Below, one piece after another: positions 1 to 10,136 of a DNA stretch of 64,000 bases. This stretch comes from Desulfomonilia bacterium. GTDB taxonomy: Bacteria; Desulfobacterota; Desulfomonilia; UBA1062. The DNA lies in assembly GCA_050014195.1 (NCBI GenBank), contig JBEKDT010000001.1:64001-128000 (forward strand). Direction: 5' to 3'. The notes under the pieces were generated by a model, which was not told where the DNA came from, ran no database searches, and worked only from the letters and a program-made list of their open reading frames with translations. Position numbers and translations under genes: made by a program. Positions within the stretch are counted from its first letter, which is position 1. Each line of letters starts with the position of its first letter.

Positions 1-90
1 AAAGGTGAGTGATTTATTCTGTGCACACATCTCTTCATGTCCCTAAATCCCCTTTTAACATTTTTAACATCTTGTATACCATGGATGAAT

Positions 91-1263
91 CTATACCCGC
101 TCGAAAATCGTGGCCGGGGCTTGTCCACCTCCGGTGCAGAGCGTAACCAGGGCATATTTGCCCTTACGCCTCTTAAGCTCATGGATGGCTGTGACGCTTA
201 ATCTGCAGCCGCTGTTGCCTACCGGGTGGCCCAGGGCCAGCGCCCCCCCGTTGACATTGAGCCTGTCCATGTCGGCCTTGAGCTCTTTTGCCCAGGCCAG
301 TGGTATGGGAGCAAAGGCCTCATTGACCTCAAAGATATCGATGTCCTTCATGGAAAGGCCAGCCTTGGCGAGCACTTTTGGTGTCACGGTTATGGGGCCG
401 GTGAGCATGAGCATAGGGTCGGAGCCCACAACGGCGCCGGCAACCACCCTCGCCAGAGGAGTGAGACCCAGCTGTTTTACCTTCTCACTGCCCATCAGGA
501 TCATGGCTGAAGCGCCGTCTGTGACGGTGCTGGAGAGACCTGCAGTCATCCAGTCGGTACCGGGAAGCACCTTCAGGCTATTAAGCGCCTCCCGGGTAGT
601 GCCGGGGCGTATCGGCTCGTCATCCATACACTCCATCCTGCTGCCATCCTTGTCCAGCCCGGCAACCTTAACGATCTCGTTCCTGAAACGGCCCTCCAGC
701 GTGGCCTTATGGGCCTTCTCGTGGCTGGCAATGGCGAAATCCTGGCACTCCTCCTTGGAGATCTTCCATCGGTTGGCAATGGCCTGGGCGGCGTTGATCT
801 GGCTGGGGATGCCGTATTTGTCCAGATAGAATTTGCCGAACGGGTGCCCGGCGTTCTGACCGTTGGCCAGGGTGCAGTTCATGTCGGATGCGATGCCGTA
901 TTTGGACATGACCTCGCAGCCACTGGCAATAACCACATCGTGGGTGCCCGAGGCGATCATGGAGGCGGCGATCTGTATGGCCGAGAGGCTGCTGCCGCAC
1001 TGGCGGTTCACGGTGATTCCGCCGAGGGTCTCAGGAAGCTTTGAGGCCAGCACCGCCATGCGTGCCAGGTTGAACCCCTGTTCCCCGATTTGGTAGACGC
1101 ATCCGGTGATGACGTCATCGACCTCTGTGGCGTCGAGTTTGATGCGGTCCACTGACTCGTCAAGGACACGGGCCAGGAGTTCCGGGGCCATGTATTCGCG
1201 GAAATATCCTCTCTGCCTGCCTACAGCGGTTCTGACTGCACTGACGATAAATACGTCTTTCAT
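91..1263 (-). CDS. Thiolase (acetyl-CoA C-acyltransferase)
   Basis: VNRQCGSS active-site Cys, NEAFA, GGALALGHP and CTGGG thiolase motifs. Confidence 0.95.
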   Translation of the reverse strand: MKDVFIVSAVRTAVGRQRGYFREYMAPELLARVLDESVDRIKLDATEVDDVITGCVYQIGEQGFNLARMAVLASKLPETLGGITVNRQCGSSLSAIQIAASMIASGTHDVVIASGCEVMSKYGIASDMNCTLANGQNAGHPFGKFYLDKYGIPSQINAAQAIANRWKISKEECQDFAIASHEKAHKATLEGRFRNEIVKVAGLDKDGSRMECMDDEPIRPGTTREALNSLKVLPGTDWMTAGLSSTVTDGASAMILMGSEKVKQLGLTPLARVVAGAVVGSDPMLMLTGPITVTPKVLAKAGLSMKDIDIFEVNEAFAPIPLAWAKELKADMDRLNVNGGALALGHPVGNSGCRLSVTAIHELKRRKGKYALVTLCTGGGQAPATIFERV

Positions 1264-1440
1264 GAGAAACCTCCTGATGGATTATGTGGCCGGCCCATGG
1301 GCGGTCTGCCGGCGGCAAACAGTCCATGAGCGGGCTCCCATACGCCTGTTGCGGCATATTGTATTACAATAAGACGTTAACCAACTCCGGGCCGTTATGT
1401 CAAATCTTTTTCGGAAAAGACCGGAAAAGAGGGGGAGAAT

Positions 1441-2991
1441 CTACTTCCCCAATTGCTCCTTCAGCTCGCGCTTCAATATCTTGCCGGACGGGTTCTTGGG
1501 GAGCTTGTCGGAAATTAAGATCTTTTTCGGACACTTGAATCCCGCCAGGTGCTCTTTGCAATAGGTGATAAGCTCCTTTTCCGTGATGGATGCATTCTTT
1601 TTCGGTACGACGACAGCCGCTACGATCTCTATCCATTTTGGATCGGGGAGCCCGATGACCGCAACCTCCTCGATTCCCGGATGCCGGTACAGCACCTCCT
1701 CGACCTCACGGGATGCGACATTCTCTCCGCCGGTCTTGATCATGTCCTTCTTGCGGTCTACAACATAGAGATACCCGTCTTCGTCGAACTTGCCGAGGTC
1801 GCCGCTGTGGAACCAGCCGAAGGCAAAGGCATCTTCCGTTTTTTCCGGATCGTTGAGATAGCCGGTCATGACATGGCCTGAACGATGTACGATCTCCCCG
1901 ACTGTTCCTCCCGGGACGAACTTTCCTTCATCATCCATCAGCCGGGTCTCGACATTCAGCACCGGTTTCCCCGCCGATCCGGGTTTCAGGAGCTGGTCTT
2001 CGGGCTTCAGGATGGTTGCGACCGGTCCCATCTCCGTCTGTCCGTAATAGTTCCACAGCTGAAGGCCGCGGAAGATTACGGAAAGCTGTTTGATGATCTC
2101 CACCGGCATGATGCTGGCGCCGTAGGCCGCCTTCTTCAGGCTGCGGTGGTTATAGCTCTTGAATTCCGGGTGATTCAGGATCCCGATCCATACGGTCGGC
2201 GGGGCGAACATGTGGGTGATCTGGTATTTCTCGATCAATCTGATCATTTCCAGGGGATCTGCCTTGTGCATGATCACATTGGTCGCCCCGACATACAGGT
2301 AAGGCATGAGAAAGCAGTGGAGCTGGGCGCAGTGAAAAAGCGGCAGGGCGTGCAGGCTTACATCATAGGTCTCATACTGTCCGTCAAAGATGCAGCTGTG
2401 GTACTGCGACATGAGGGCCCTGTGGGAGAGCATCGCACCCTTGGGTTTCGATTCCGTGCCGCTGGTGTAAGGGATCTGGACGATGTCTTCGGCGCTGACC
2501 TCCACCTGGGGTTCATCGCAAGGCATATTCTCCATTTCCGTTATCAGGTCGAAATAACCATCAGGGACCATCGACTCACCCAGCGGTATGAAGCCCCACT
2601 TTTCCACAGAGGTGAATTTCGCCTGGGACTGGGCGATGATCGGATAAAGGGCATCCTCGATGATGAAGATACGCGAACCCGAATGGTTGATGATATAGGC
2701 TATCTCCTCGGCATTCAGCATGTAGTTGATCGGGACCTGGATTGCGCCGATCTTGGCAAGGCCGAGCATGCTGATCGGATAATAATGGGAGTTATAGGCA
2801 TAGAGCGCTACACGGTCGCCCTTTTTGATACCGAAGCTTGTCATGAGATGGGCGAATCGACGCGCCTCCCGCTCGAGATCAAAAAATGAGAGCTTGACAT
2901 CGCGGAAGATGATGGCAGTCTTGTCGCCGTATTTTGTTGCCGCCCTCCTGGCCATATCGCCGATCGTATCCCTGTTGATGATATTTCCCAT
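1441..2991 (-). CDS. Acyl-CoA synthetase / long-chain fatty acid-CoA ligase
   Basis: YTSGTESKPKG AMP-binding loop, YGQTE, SGDLG, PKNPSGKILK. Confidence 0.93.
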   Translation of the reverse strand: MGNIINRDTIGDMARRAATKYGDKTAIIFRDVKLSFFDLEREARRFAHLMTSFGIKKGDRVALYAYNSHYYPISMLGLAKIGAIQVPINYMLNAEEIAYIINHSGSRIFIIEDALYPIIAQSQAKFTSVEKWGFIPLGESMVPDGYFDLITEMENMPCDEPQVEVSAEDIVQIPYTSGTESKPKGAMLSHRALMSQYHSCIFDGQYETYDVSLHALPLFHCAQLHCFLMPYLYVGATNVIMHKADPLEMIRLIEKYQITHMFAPPTVWIGILNHPEFKSYNHRSLKKAAYGASIMPVEIIKQLSVIFRGLQLWNYYGQTEMGPVATILKPEDQLLKPGSAGKPVLNVETRLMDDEGKFVPGGTVGEIVHRSGHVMTGYLNDPEKTEDAFAFGWFHSGDLGKFDEDGYLYVVDRKKDMIKTGGENVASREVEEVLYRHPGIEEVAVIGLPDPKWIEIVAAVVVPKKNASITEKELITYCKEHLAGFKCPKKILISDKLPKNPSGKILKRELKEQLGK

Positions 2992-3087
2992 AGCTGCATC
3001 TCCTTTAGGTAAGGGCTCAAACTACCCGTCATTTCTTGGGCAATGAAGTATAGCGGGAACCGACCTGAGAGTCAATTTATTGGAGAG

Positions 3088-3489
3088 TCATCGCGGCTGC
3101 TGTACTGAAATATTGTGTTCTTTAAAGACTTCGCGTGCTGCATTGATACCGTTGATCGCCGCAGGGAATCCTGCATAGACCGCCATTTGAAGGATAACCT
3201 CTACAATCTCCTCGGGCCTGCATCCTACATTGAGCGCCCCTTCGATATGTACCTTTAATTGCGGTACCGCAGTACCCATGGCGGTCAAGGCCGCCACGGT
3301 GGAAAACTGTCTGGACCGCAGGTCGAGGCCCGGGCGGGACAGCACGTCTCCATAACAGAATGCGATGATCCACTCTGCAAGATCCGGGGCGATATCCTTC
3401 AAGCCCTCGACCACCGCATGGCCGGTGCCTCCCGTGATGGCCTTCAACGTTTCCTGCCCGCGTTCATACCTTTGGTCCTGGGTACTCAT
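3088..3489 (-). CDS. Carboxymuconolactone decarboxylase family protein
   Basis: YGDVLSRPGLDLRSRQ, QLKVHIEGALNVG and YAGFPAAING are typical of the CMD family; GGAGG RBS. Confidence 0.9.
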   Translation of the reverse strand: MSTQDQRYERGQETLKAITGGTGHAVVEGLKDIAPDLAEWIIAFCYGDVLSRPGLDLRSRQFSTVAALTAMGTAVPQLKVHIEGALNVGCRPEEIVEVILQMAVYAGFPAAINGINAAREVFKEHNISVQQPR

Positions 3490-3508
3490 GCATGCCTCCT
3501 GCTATGCC

Positions 3509-3679
3509 TTATGAGAAGCGTAAACCCGCCCCTTTCTCGTCCGGTTCATCCGGCAGGTAATCTTCACGCACGGGGGAAAATACCTCGATGGCAACAGAAT
3601 CCGCTAGGATCTCTGCCCCATGTTCAATGTTACCGGGGATGCACCAACTGTCTCCAGGTTTTGCTTCGAATTTATTCAA
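3509..3679 (-). pseudogene. C-terminal half of a cupin-domain protein (truncated)
   Basis: Hand translation: [43 protein letters not shown]...; cupin motif 2 present, motif 1 absent; not in the ORF track. Confidence 0.7.
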
Positions 3680-3848
3680 GCAGTGTTTCAGCCTTATATT
3701 TCAATTCTTTTTCATCTTTCTCGGTAAATTCCTGCCCCTTTTTTTTACACATGGCCCGCACCTTCTCGATCATTTCCCTGTACGACTCAAACACCACCGG
3801 CCCCTTGCCGTATTTTTTATCTTCCAAGATATACCGTGCCATATTCAT
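3672..3848 (-). CDS. Small hypothetical protein (58 aa, [10 protein letters not shown]...)
   Basis: AGGGGG RBS before the ATG at 3848; the longer ORF-track start runs into the inverted repeat. Confidence 0.55.
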   Translation of the reverse strand: MNMARYILEDKKYGKGPVVFESYREMIEKVRAMCKKKGQEFTEKDEKELKYKAETLLE

Positions 3849-3982
3849 ACCCCCTAAGCTTGAGATGGGTACTCCCCTGGTAACTGATATAATCTGACAT
3901 TTCTCATAAGCAATATTATGAAAAAAAGGGTCTTCTCTGTGAAGCATACTTTTATGGTTTGCATCCTCCCAGCTCATTGTTC

Positions 3983-4110
3983 TCACCACGAAGGACAAGA
4001 AGAGCACGAAAAAAATAAGAACTGCAGAACGGACATTCTTGGATTCTTTCCCCCGGTCAGAGATTTCAAGAGGATTCTTTTCTTCGTGTCCTTCGTGCTC
4101 TTCGTGGTGA
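3983..4110. repeat. REP-like inverted repeat built from 9-nt units (CACGAAGRR)
   Basis: TCACCACGAAGGACAAGAAGAGCACGAA ... TTCGTGTCCTTCGTGCTCTTCGTGGTGA. Confidence 0.75.
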
Positions 4111-4193
4111 AATATCCCTCTGTGTGCTCCTCAATGATCTTAAGTATGCTTTACTGTGATGAACATAAAAAACCATCTTAACCGGTCTTTAGA

Positions 4194-5549
4194 TTACTCT
4201 TTCTTATCCATCTTCCTGTACAAAGTCCGGGTGGAGATGCCCAGCAGTTTGGAGGCCAGGCCTTTGTCGCCCTTGGTTCGTTTGAGGGTCTCTTCCATGA
4301 GGATGCGCTCCACCTCCTCCATCGGTGTTCCAAGGGGGATGGTGACGGATTCCATGGCAGGTATGCTGGCCGACTGGAGCTCACTCGGGAGATCATCGGC
4401 CCCGATAATGCCGTCGCGGTCGAGCACCACGCTGCGTTCGATGACGTTCTCCAGTTCCCGCACATTACCCGGCCATTCATAACCCAGCAGGATCTCCATG
4501 GCCTTTGACTCAATGCCCTTCATTTCCTTGGCGTTCTTATGAGAGAACCGGTTGATGAAGTGCTGGACCAGGTTGGGAATGTCTTCCCTTCGATCCTTCA
4601 GTGCCGGGAGCTGCAGCGATATGACATTGAGCCTCCAGTAGAGATCCTCGCGGAACCGACCCTGCTTGACCATGGCGGACAGATCCTTGTTGGTGGCCGT
4701 AATGATGCGGACATCCACCTTGATGGTCTTATTGCTGCCAAGGCGTTCAAAGGTCTCCTCCTGAAGGATCCGCAGGAGCTTTACCTGCACCGCAGGCGGT
4801 ACCTCGCCGATTTCATCTAAAAAGATGCTCGATTTGTCTGCAACCTCAAACCGACCCTCCTTCCTGCCTGCAGCGCCGGTGAAGGCCCCCTTTTCATAGC
4901 CGAAAAGCTCTGACTCGATGAGTGTCTCGGGAATGGCTGCGCAATTGACCTTGACCATGGGCCGCTCAGCCCTGGGGGAGAGCTTGTGGATCATGTCGGC
5001 GATCACTTCCTTGCCGGTGCCCGATCCGCCCATGATGAGGATGGTTGCCTGGCTCGGGGCCACCTGATGCACGGTCTCCACCAGCTTCTTCATCTTGGGA
5101 CTTGCGGTCTCGATCAGCGGGGTCGATTCGATGGCCTCGATTCGTTCCTTCATCTTGACGTTGTCCATGGTGAGGATCTGTTTCTCGATGGCCTTCTGGA
5201 CAGCCTTTAAGATATCCGCCTTCTTGAAAGGCTTGGTGATATAATCATAGGCACCCTGCTTCATGGAGTCGACCGCGGTGTCCACCGAGGCATAGCCCGT
5301 GATCATGATGACCTCGGTGTATGGGGACACGGATTTGCATACCTTGAGCAGCTCGAGCCCGTCCATTCCCGCCATGCGGATGTCCGAGATGAGGAGGTCG
5401 ATGTCACCGCCCCTGATGACCTTGAAGGCCTCTTCCCCGTTGGAGGCGGTTACCACTTCAAACCCCTCCTTCTCCAGGATCTTCTTCAGTGACTGGCGTA
5501 TACCGATCTCATCATCAACTACCAGGATCTTTTTGCTCAGGCTGTTCAC
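4194..5549 (-). CDS. Sigma54-dependent response regulator (NtrC/AtoC family)
   Basis: Receiver domain, GGSGTGKE, ESELFGYEKGAFTGA, WPGNVREL, C-terminal Fis HTH. Confidence 0.95.
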   Translation of the reverse strand: MNSLSKKILVVDDEIGIRQSLKKILEKEGFEVVTASNGEEAFKVIRGGDIDLLISDIRMAGMDGLELLKVCKSVSPYTEVIMITGYASVDTAVDSMKQGAYDYITKPFKKADILKAVQKAIEKQILTMDNVKMKERIEAIESTPLIETASPKMKKLVETVHQVAPSQATILIMGGSGTGKEVIADMIHKLSPRAERPMVKVNCAAIPETLIESELFGYEKGAFTGAAGRKEGRFEVADKSSIFLDEIGEVPPAVQVKLLRILQEETFERLGSNKTIKVDVRIITATNKDLSAMVKQGRFREDLYWRLNVISLQLPALKDRREDIPNLVQHFINRFSHKNAKEMKGIESKAMEILLGYEWPGNVRELENVIERSVVLDRDGIIGADDLPSELQSASIPAMESVTIPLGTPMEEVERILMEETLKRTKGDKGLASKLLGISTRTLYRKMDKKE

Positions 5550-6601
5550 GGCTCAAATGGGTCCTTTTTTAAGGTTTCTATTTTGAGTTTATTTTTACCG
5601 TCTTCAATGGTGACCTCTTCAAAGACGGCCTTAGCCCCGGGGATGGCGGCATATACATAATATTTGCCGGGTTTGATTGATTCGATGGTTGTCCTGTTCT
5701 TTTTTGGGTCTACAGGTGCCTGGTAACGGACCGATGCCTTTTTAAGATCGTTTGACCTGGAGTGGAAATCGCTGATGGTACCCTGGGTATCGCGCTCATA
5801 GAGATTCCTGGCATTTGCAAGGGCATCGGACTTTGCCTTGTATGCATCACGGGCCAGCTGAGATGCACCCTGATATGCCTTGAGCATATCGGCAAAGGCC
5901 TCCTTTACGTCCATAACCTTAGACTGCCCCTTGTATCCTTTCTGGGAAACAAAGTGTATGTCGATGACCTCAATGGAAAACCCGTTCGGCATCGAGTCCT
6001 GCATGCGCTTGATGTCCTTGTCTTTGAGTTCGCTCAGAAAAAAAGAAAGGTGCTCAGGGTCGCTGTTCTGATTTGTGAGGCTCTCACCCGGCGCAAGGCC
6101 GAAAATGAGATTCTTCGGGTTGATGAACTCGAGCACGAGCATGGAGGTGATAGGCAGCGGTATATTGCCGATAAGGGGCTTGTATGAAATGTCGCTGATG
6201 ATCTTGTCCGAGTTATTGTGTGCCGAATAGATGAAGTTGATTTCACCCAGGGCCGATTCAGTAGTAATCTGGGCCTGTGCGGAATGCATGGTGATGGGCA
6301 CCTTGGCGATGTATTGCTTCCTTAAGGCATCGACCTTTTCGTTATAGGCCTTGTCGGACTGTGTCATCTGAAGTGATGCCTCTTTCAACTCGCCACTGCG
6401 TTTATTTATCTGGTAGTGGTCATTAACGTTCTTAAGCTGTGAGTGAAACCTCTCCTTGAGATGATCAAGCACCGCCAGGGTCCCCGCTGAAAGGAGTTCC
6501 ACCTGGGAAATGCCCGGCGGTACGGTGACAACGAGCCTGGCGGAGAATGCGTATGCAGGAAGGAGGAGTAGGAAGCAAACAACGGCCGACAGTAATCTCA
6601 T
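5546..6601 (-). CDS. Exported hypothetical protein
   Basis: Signal peptide MRLLSAVVCFLLLLPAYA; lies between the kinase and regulator in one operon; start revised to ATG 6601. Confidence 0.7.
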   Translation of the reverse strand: MRLLSAVVCFLLLLPAYAFSARLVVTVPPGISQVELLSAGTLAVLDHLKERFHSQLKNVNDHYQINKRSGELKEASLQMTQSDKAYNEKVDALRKQYIAKVPITMHSAQAQITTESALGEINFIYSAHNNSDKIISDISYKPLIGNIPLPITSMLVLEFINPKNLIFGLAPGESLTNQNSDPEHLSFFLSELKDKDIKRMQDSMPNGFSIEVIDIHFVSQKGYKGQSKVMDVKEAFADMLKAYQGASQLARDAYKAKSDALANARNLYERDTQGTISDFHSRSNDLKKASVRYQAPVDPKKNRTTIESIKPGKYYVYAAIPGAKAVFEEVTIEDGKNKLKIETLKKDPFEP

Positions 6602-6602
6602 A

Positions 6603-8771
6603 TTATGCCTCCGCCTTGTCTTTCTCGGACTCTTCATGGAAAGGGACCGAAAAGATGAACGTGGACCCTGTCCCCTTCTGGCTCTCCACATCGACCCACC
6701 CGTCATGGGCATTTGCGATGTACTGGACAAGGGCGAGCCCGAGGCCGGTCCCATTGTCTTTGGTGGTGAAGTAGGGGTCGAATATCCTCCTGGTGATCTC
6801 AGGAGGGATACCGTACCCTGTATCTTTCACCAGGAGCAGGAAGTTGTCTTTGATTCCCATAAGGGATATTTCCAAACTGCCTCCAGAAGGCATTGCATCT
6901 TCCGCATTCTTAATGAGGTTTATCAAAAGCTGCTTGAATTGTCCACGGTCTATCATGATATTCGAGAGCTTTTCCGGGCAAATGATGGAAGTATCGATGT
7001 CCCTGCGCTTGAGCTCGGGCAGCAGCATGGCCAGCACTGAAGACACCTCGATATGTGGGTCAACGAGCTGCTTCTTGGGGTGCGGGAGACGGGCGTAGGA
7101 GAGGTACTCGTCGGTGATCTGTGAGAGACGGTCGATCTCCTCCTTGATGATCTTAACAAGCTCCAGGGCCTCTTCGTTCTTGTCGAACTCCTTGAGTTCG
7201 TCTTCCAGCAGCTCGGAATGGAGCAGGACCGAAGTCAGGGGGTTGCGGATTTCATGGGCCACATGGGCCGACATCTGGCCTACGGCTGCGAGCTTTTCCG
7301 CCTGGATGAGCTTTTCGGTGAGGGCCTTCTTCTCAGTGATGTCGACTGCATACTGGACGACATAGTCCACCTCGCCCTTGGACCCGAACAAGGGTATGGC
7401 GCTCATATCGAAGAAGTAAGGCTTGCCGCCTATATCCACCCGTGTGTCCCGCTCCGTGACGATCCGGCCCGTCTTAAAACACTTTTCCACGAGCTTGGTG
7501 TTGCAGATACGCTCGTTCTCGGAAAAATCCAGAGAGCAGTGCTTATCGATCACATCCTCCCTCTTCTTGCCGTAGAGGTCGCACAGGCGCTGGTTGATGT
7601 CGGCAATGGTGAATGCGGCATCGATCATGGCCAGGTAGTGCGGCACTCCGTTGAAGATGGTCTCCATCCTCTTGTGGGCCACCAGCACCCTGTCGGCCCA
7701 TTTATTCCTCTCTGAGGCCGTGGCACGGGCCCTGTTGATCCTGAGCATGGTGATGGTTGCTATAAGCACAAAGCCGATACTCACCGAGCCGAGGACCAGG
7801 GTGTTGCGGAAGGTACCCGACATGAGCGAGATGACCTCGCTGTAGGGAGAGGTGGAGATGGTAATCCACCTGCGATTGAGGAAATGCACCGATGAGAAGG
7901 CGAGCAGCTTTTTCACCGGATCCTTATCCGGGTAGCTGGGGAAGACGAACTCATACATCCCGTCGTTCTTCAGCGCCATGGCATCGCTGATGGTATCCAC
8001 ACCCGATATGCTTAAGCCATCTTTCTTCAGCCCCATAATGATGTCCTTAAGGTTGAGCCCTATCCATCTGGGGTTAGGGTGGTAGAGGATCATGCCGCTC
8101 TCATCCAGCATCCAGACATAACCGGATTTTGACGGTCTGATGGGTGCAACGTAGTGGGCGGTGATATTCGTCAGGTCAATGGCGCAGCCGATAACACCGT
8201 GGAATGTGCCGTCGGCGCCTTTCAATGGGAAGGAGATGACAAAGGTCTCAAAGCGGCCGGGTATGTCTTGGTATTGCTCTCCTCCCACCATGATGATGTC
8301 GGAGACATAGGGGACGTTAAGCTCCTTGGCCACCCGGAAATAGGTCCGGAAGCTGAAGTCCCTGCCGTCAATCCCCGGCAGGAGCTGGTGAGGATAGTGA
8401 AAGCGCATGATCCCGCTTGCATCCTCCCAGAAGACGAATGCGACCTTGCTCTTTAAAGAATTATACAAATTCTGCACCGATGTATCGATGGCCTCATGTT
8501 CACCGTTCGAGACCCCTTTGATGTGGGCGGTGAGGCTTAAGGAGTTCGTGATGTCGTGCATGTACTGCTCGATGCCCATGGCGGTCTGCTGGGCCAGCAG
8601 ACCCTGTTCGCGGTTGAACTGGGCCGCCATTTCCCCCTCGACGCCGTGGTAGGAATACAATGCGAACATGATCACGAAGCCGAGCACGATGAAGGTGCCC
8701 AACCAGATGAGAATATCCCACTTTGTTTCTTTGACTTCGATGGTATGCCGCTTCGGTATCTTCTGCCCCAT
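6603..8771 (-). CDS. Sensor histidine kinase (Cache, PAS, HisKA, HATPase)
   Basis: Two TM helices, AHEIRNPL H-box, NLIKNA, DTGYGI and GTGLGL boxes. Confidence 0.95.
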   Translation of the reverse strand: MGQKIPKRHTIEVKETKWDILIWLGTFIVLGFVIMFALYSYHGVEGEMAAQFNREQGLLAQQTAMGIEQYMHDITNSLSLTAHIKGVSNGEHEAIDTSVQNLYNSLKSKVAFVFWEDASGIMRFHYPHQLLPGIDGRDFSFRTYFRVAKELNVPYVSDIIMVGGEQYQDIPGRFETFVISFPLKGADGTFHGVIGCAIDLTNITAHYVAPIRPSKSGYVWMLDESGMILYHPNPRWIGLNLKDIIMGLKKDGLSISGVDTISDAMALKNDGMYEFVFPSYPDKDPVKKLLAFSSVHFLNRRWITISTSPYSEVISLMSGTFRNTLVLGSVSIGFVLIATITMLRINRARATASERNKWADRVLVAHKRMETIFNGVPHYLAMIDAAFTIADINQRLCDLYGKKREDVIDKHCSLDFSENERICNTKLVEKCFKTGRIVTERDTRVDIGGKPYFFDMSAIPLFGSKGEVDYVVQYAVDITEKKALTEKLIQAEKLAAVGQMSAHVAHEIRNPLTSVLLHSELLEDELKEFDKNEEALELVKIIKEEIDRLSQITDEYLSYARLPHPKKQLVDPHIEVSSVLAMLLPELKRRDIDTSIICPEKLSNIMIDRGQFKQLLINLIKNAEDAMPSGGSLEISLMGIKDNFLLLVKDTGYGIPPEITRRIFDPYFTTKDNGTGLGLALVQYIANAHDGWVDVESQKGTGSTFIFSVPFHEESEKDKAEA

Positions 8772-8777
8772 ATGTTA

Positions 8778-10136
8778 TCACCCGAGAAAGTAGTCTTCCA
8801 TGATTTGCCGCGGGAGTAAGGCGGCCTTACGCTTAAGATCTTTGAAATCCAGCGCAAATAGAGGGCTTATCTCAAGGGATATACCCGGTTTCACCTCCAC
8901 CCCGAGCCTTTTCAGCCAAGAGGCATGCAGGGCGCTCTGAAGCTGCCGGGAGCTTTCCAGTGAATCCGCACCCGTAAGGTTTTTGACCGGTGCGAACTCC
9001 TCTTCGCGCACGACCTCCAGGGTGATGCTCTTTTCTGCCAACGGCAATGCATCGAAAAGGAATGTCTCAAATTTGATGCCCTCAATCTCTTTTGTCTTGC
9101 CGTCAGGACCTTTGGCAGAGATCATTTTTCTGGCGCGATGGAACGGCAGTCTGGTGTACTGGGCGGTGATCTCTTCGGCGAATGCACGTTCAATCACATG
9201 AATGGCAAGGTTACCCGCCCAGTGGAGCATCGTACCGTCCGGGCCATGAGCGTATCTCATGGTATCATCCAATTCACTGTACTCCACCAGCGTGGTCTTA
9301 GCGTTTATGGTGGTAATCACACCCATCTTCTCCTCATAGGCCACCTTCCTGACAACCTTGGAAGACATCCTCGCACCGGAGAGGTTATGGAGCCCGAGGA
9401 ACAGCGGGTCACATACCTTTGCCAGGGGATTATCCACCTGGAAGTAAAATATCTCATCGATGCCGAGATCTTTCATAAGGCTTAGGGCGCCACTCGATCT
9501 CAATGCCTCGAAGGTGCCTCCATGACCGTCCGGGTTCATGAAGAGCCCTCCATTCTCGGCCAAGACGAACTTCCCTTCCGGTGTGACCGATGGGAGCATA
9601 CCCTGGACGAAGATGTGCACATCACCCTGATCAAGACCGAAATATCTGTTCTCCTGAAAGTATTCCTTCGTAGTCACGTCGTTTTCCCGGGAGGTCATGA
9701 TGAACCATGGGATGGTGCACTGGAATTTTTGTTCGAGGGCGAGGATCTTTTCAGCAAAAAGGCGGAACAGACTTTTGCCCTTTACCGGCGTTACCCCCAC
9801 GACGCCCTTGGGTGCATCGATCCCCAGACGCGAGCCCTGACCCCCTGCAACAACGAGTGCAGCGACCTTGCCGGCCTTCAGAAGCTCCTGGCCGCGATCG
9901 ATATATGGTTGCGCCTTTTTTGATGAGGCGAATGTCCTAAGGATGATATCCGCCGGCTCCACATCGCCCCGGGGCGGCGTGTACAGGGCCTCTCCCCTGA
10001 TGAGCCTGCCGACCAGATCGAGATCGACCCCCTGAAGGTCCTTCATGATCCTCTCCTTTATCAGGGGGTTGCCATCACTGTTTAGAAGGCTTGCGATATG
10101 TTCCTGTCCCAGTTCCCTTAGCCTTTTGACGAGCAT
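8778..10136 (-). CDS. UDPGP-family nucleotidyltransferase (UDP-GlcNAc pyrophosphorylase-like)
   Basis: VAGGQGSRLG..PKG, PDGHGG, QVDNPL, KFETFLFD, EFAPVKN. Confidence 0.9.
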   Translation of the reverse strand: MLVKRLRELGQEHIASLLNSDGNPLIKERIMKDLQGVDLDLVGRLIRGEALYTPPRGDVEPADIILRTFASSKKAQPYIDRGQELLKAGKVAALVVAGGQGSRLGIDAPKGVVGVTPVKGKSLFRLFAEKILALEQKFQCTIPWFIMTSRENDVTTKEYFQENRYFGLDQGDVHIFVQGMLPSVTPEGKFVLAENGGLFMNPDGHGGTFEALRSSGALSLMKDLGIDEIFYFQVDNPLAKVCDPLFLGLHNLSGARMSSKVVRKVAYEEKMGVITTINAKTTLVEYSELDDTMRYAHGPDGTMLHWAGNLAIHVIERAFAEEITAQYTRLPFHRARKMISAKGPDGKTKEIEGIKFETFLFDALPLAEKSITLEVVREEEFAPVKNLTGADSLESSRQLQSALHASWLKRLGVEVKPGISLEISPLFALDFKDLKRKAALLPRQIMEDYFLG

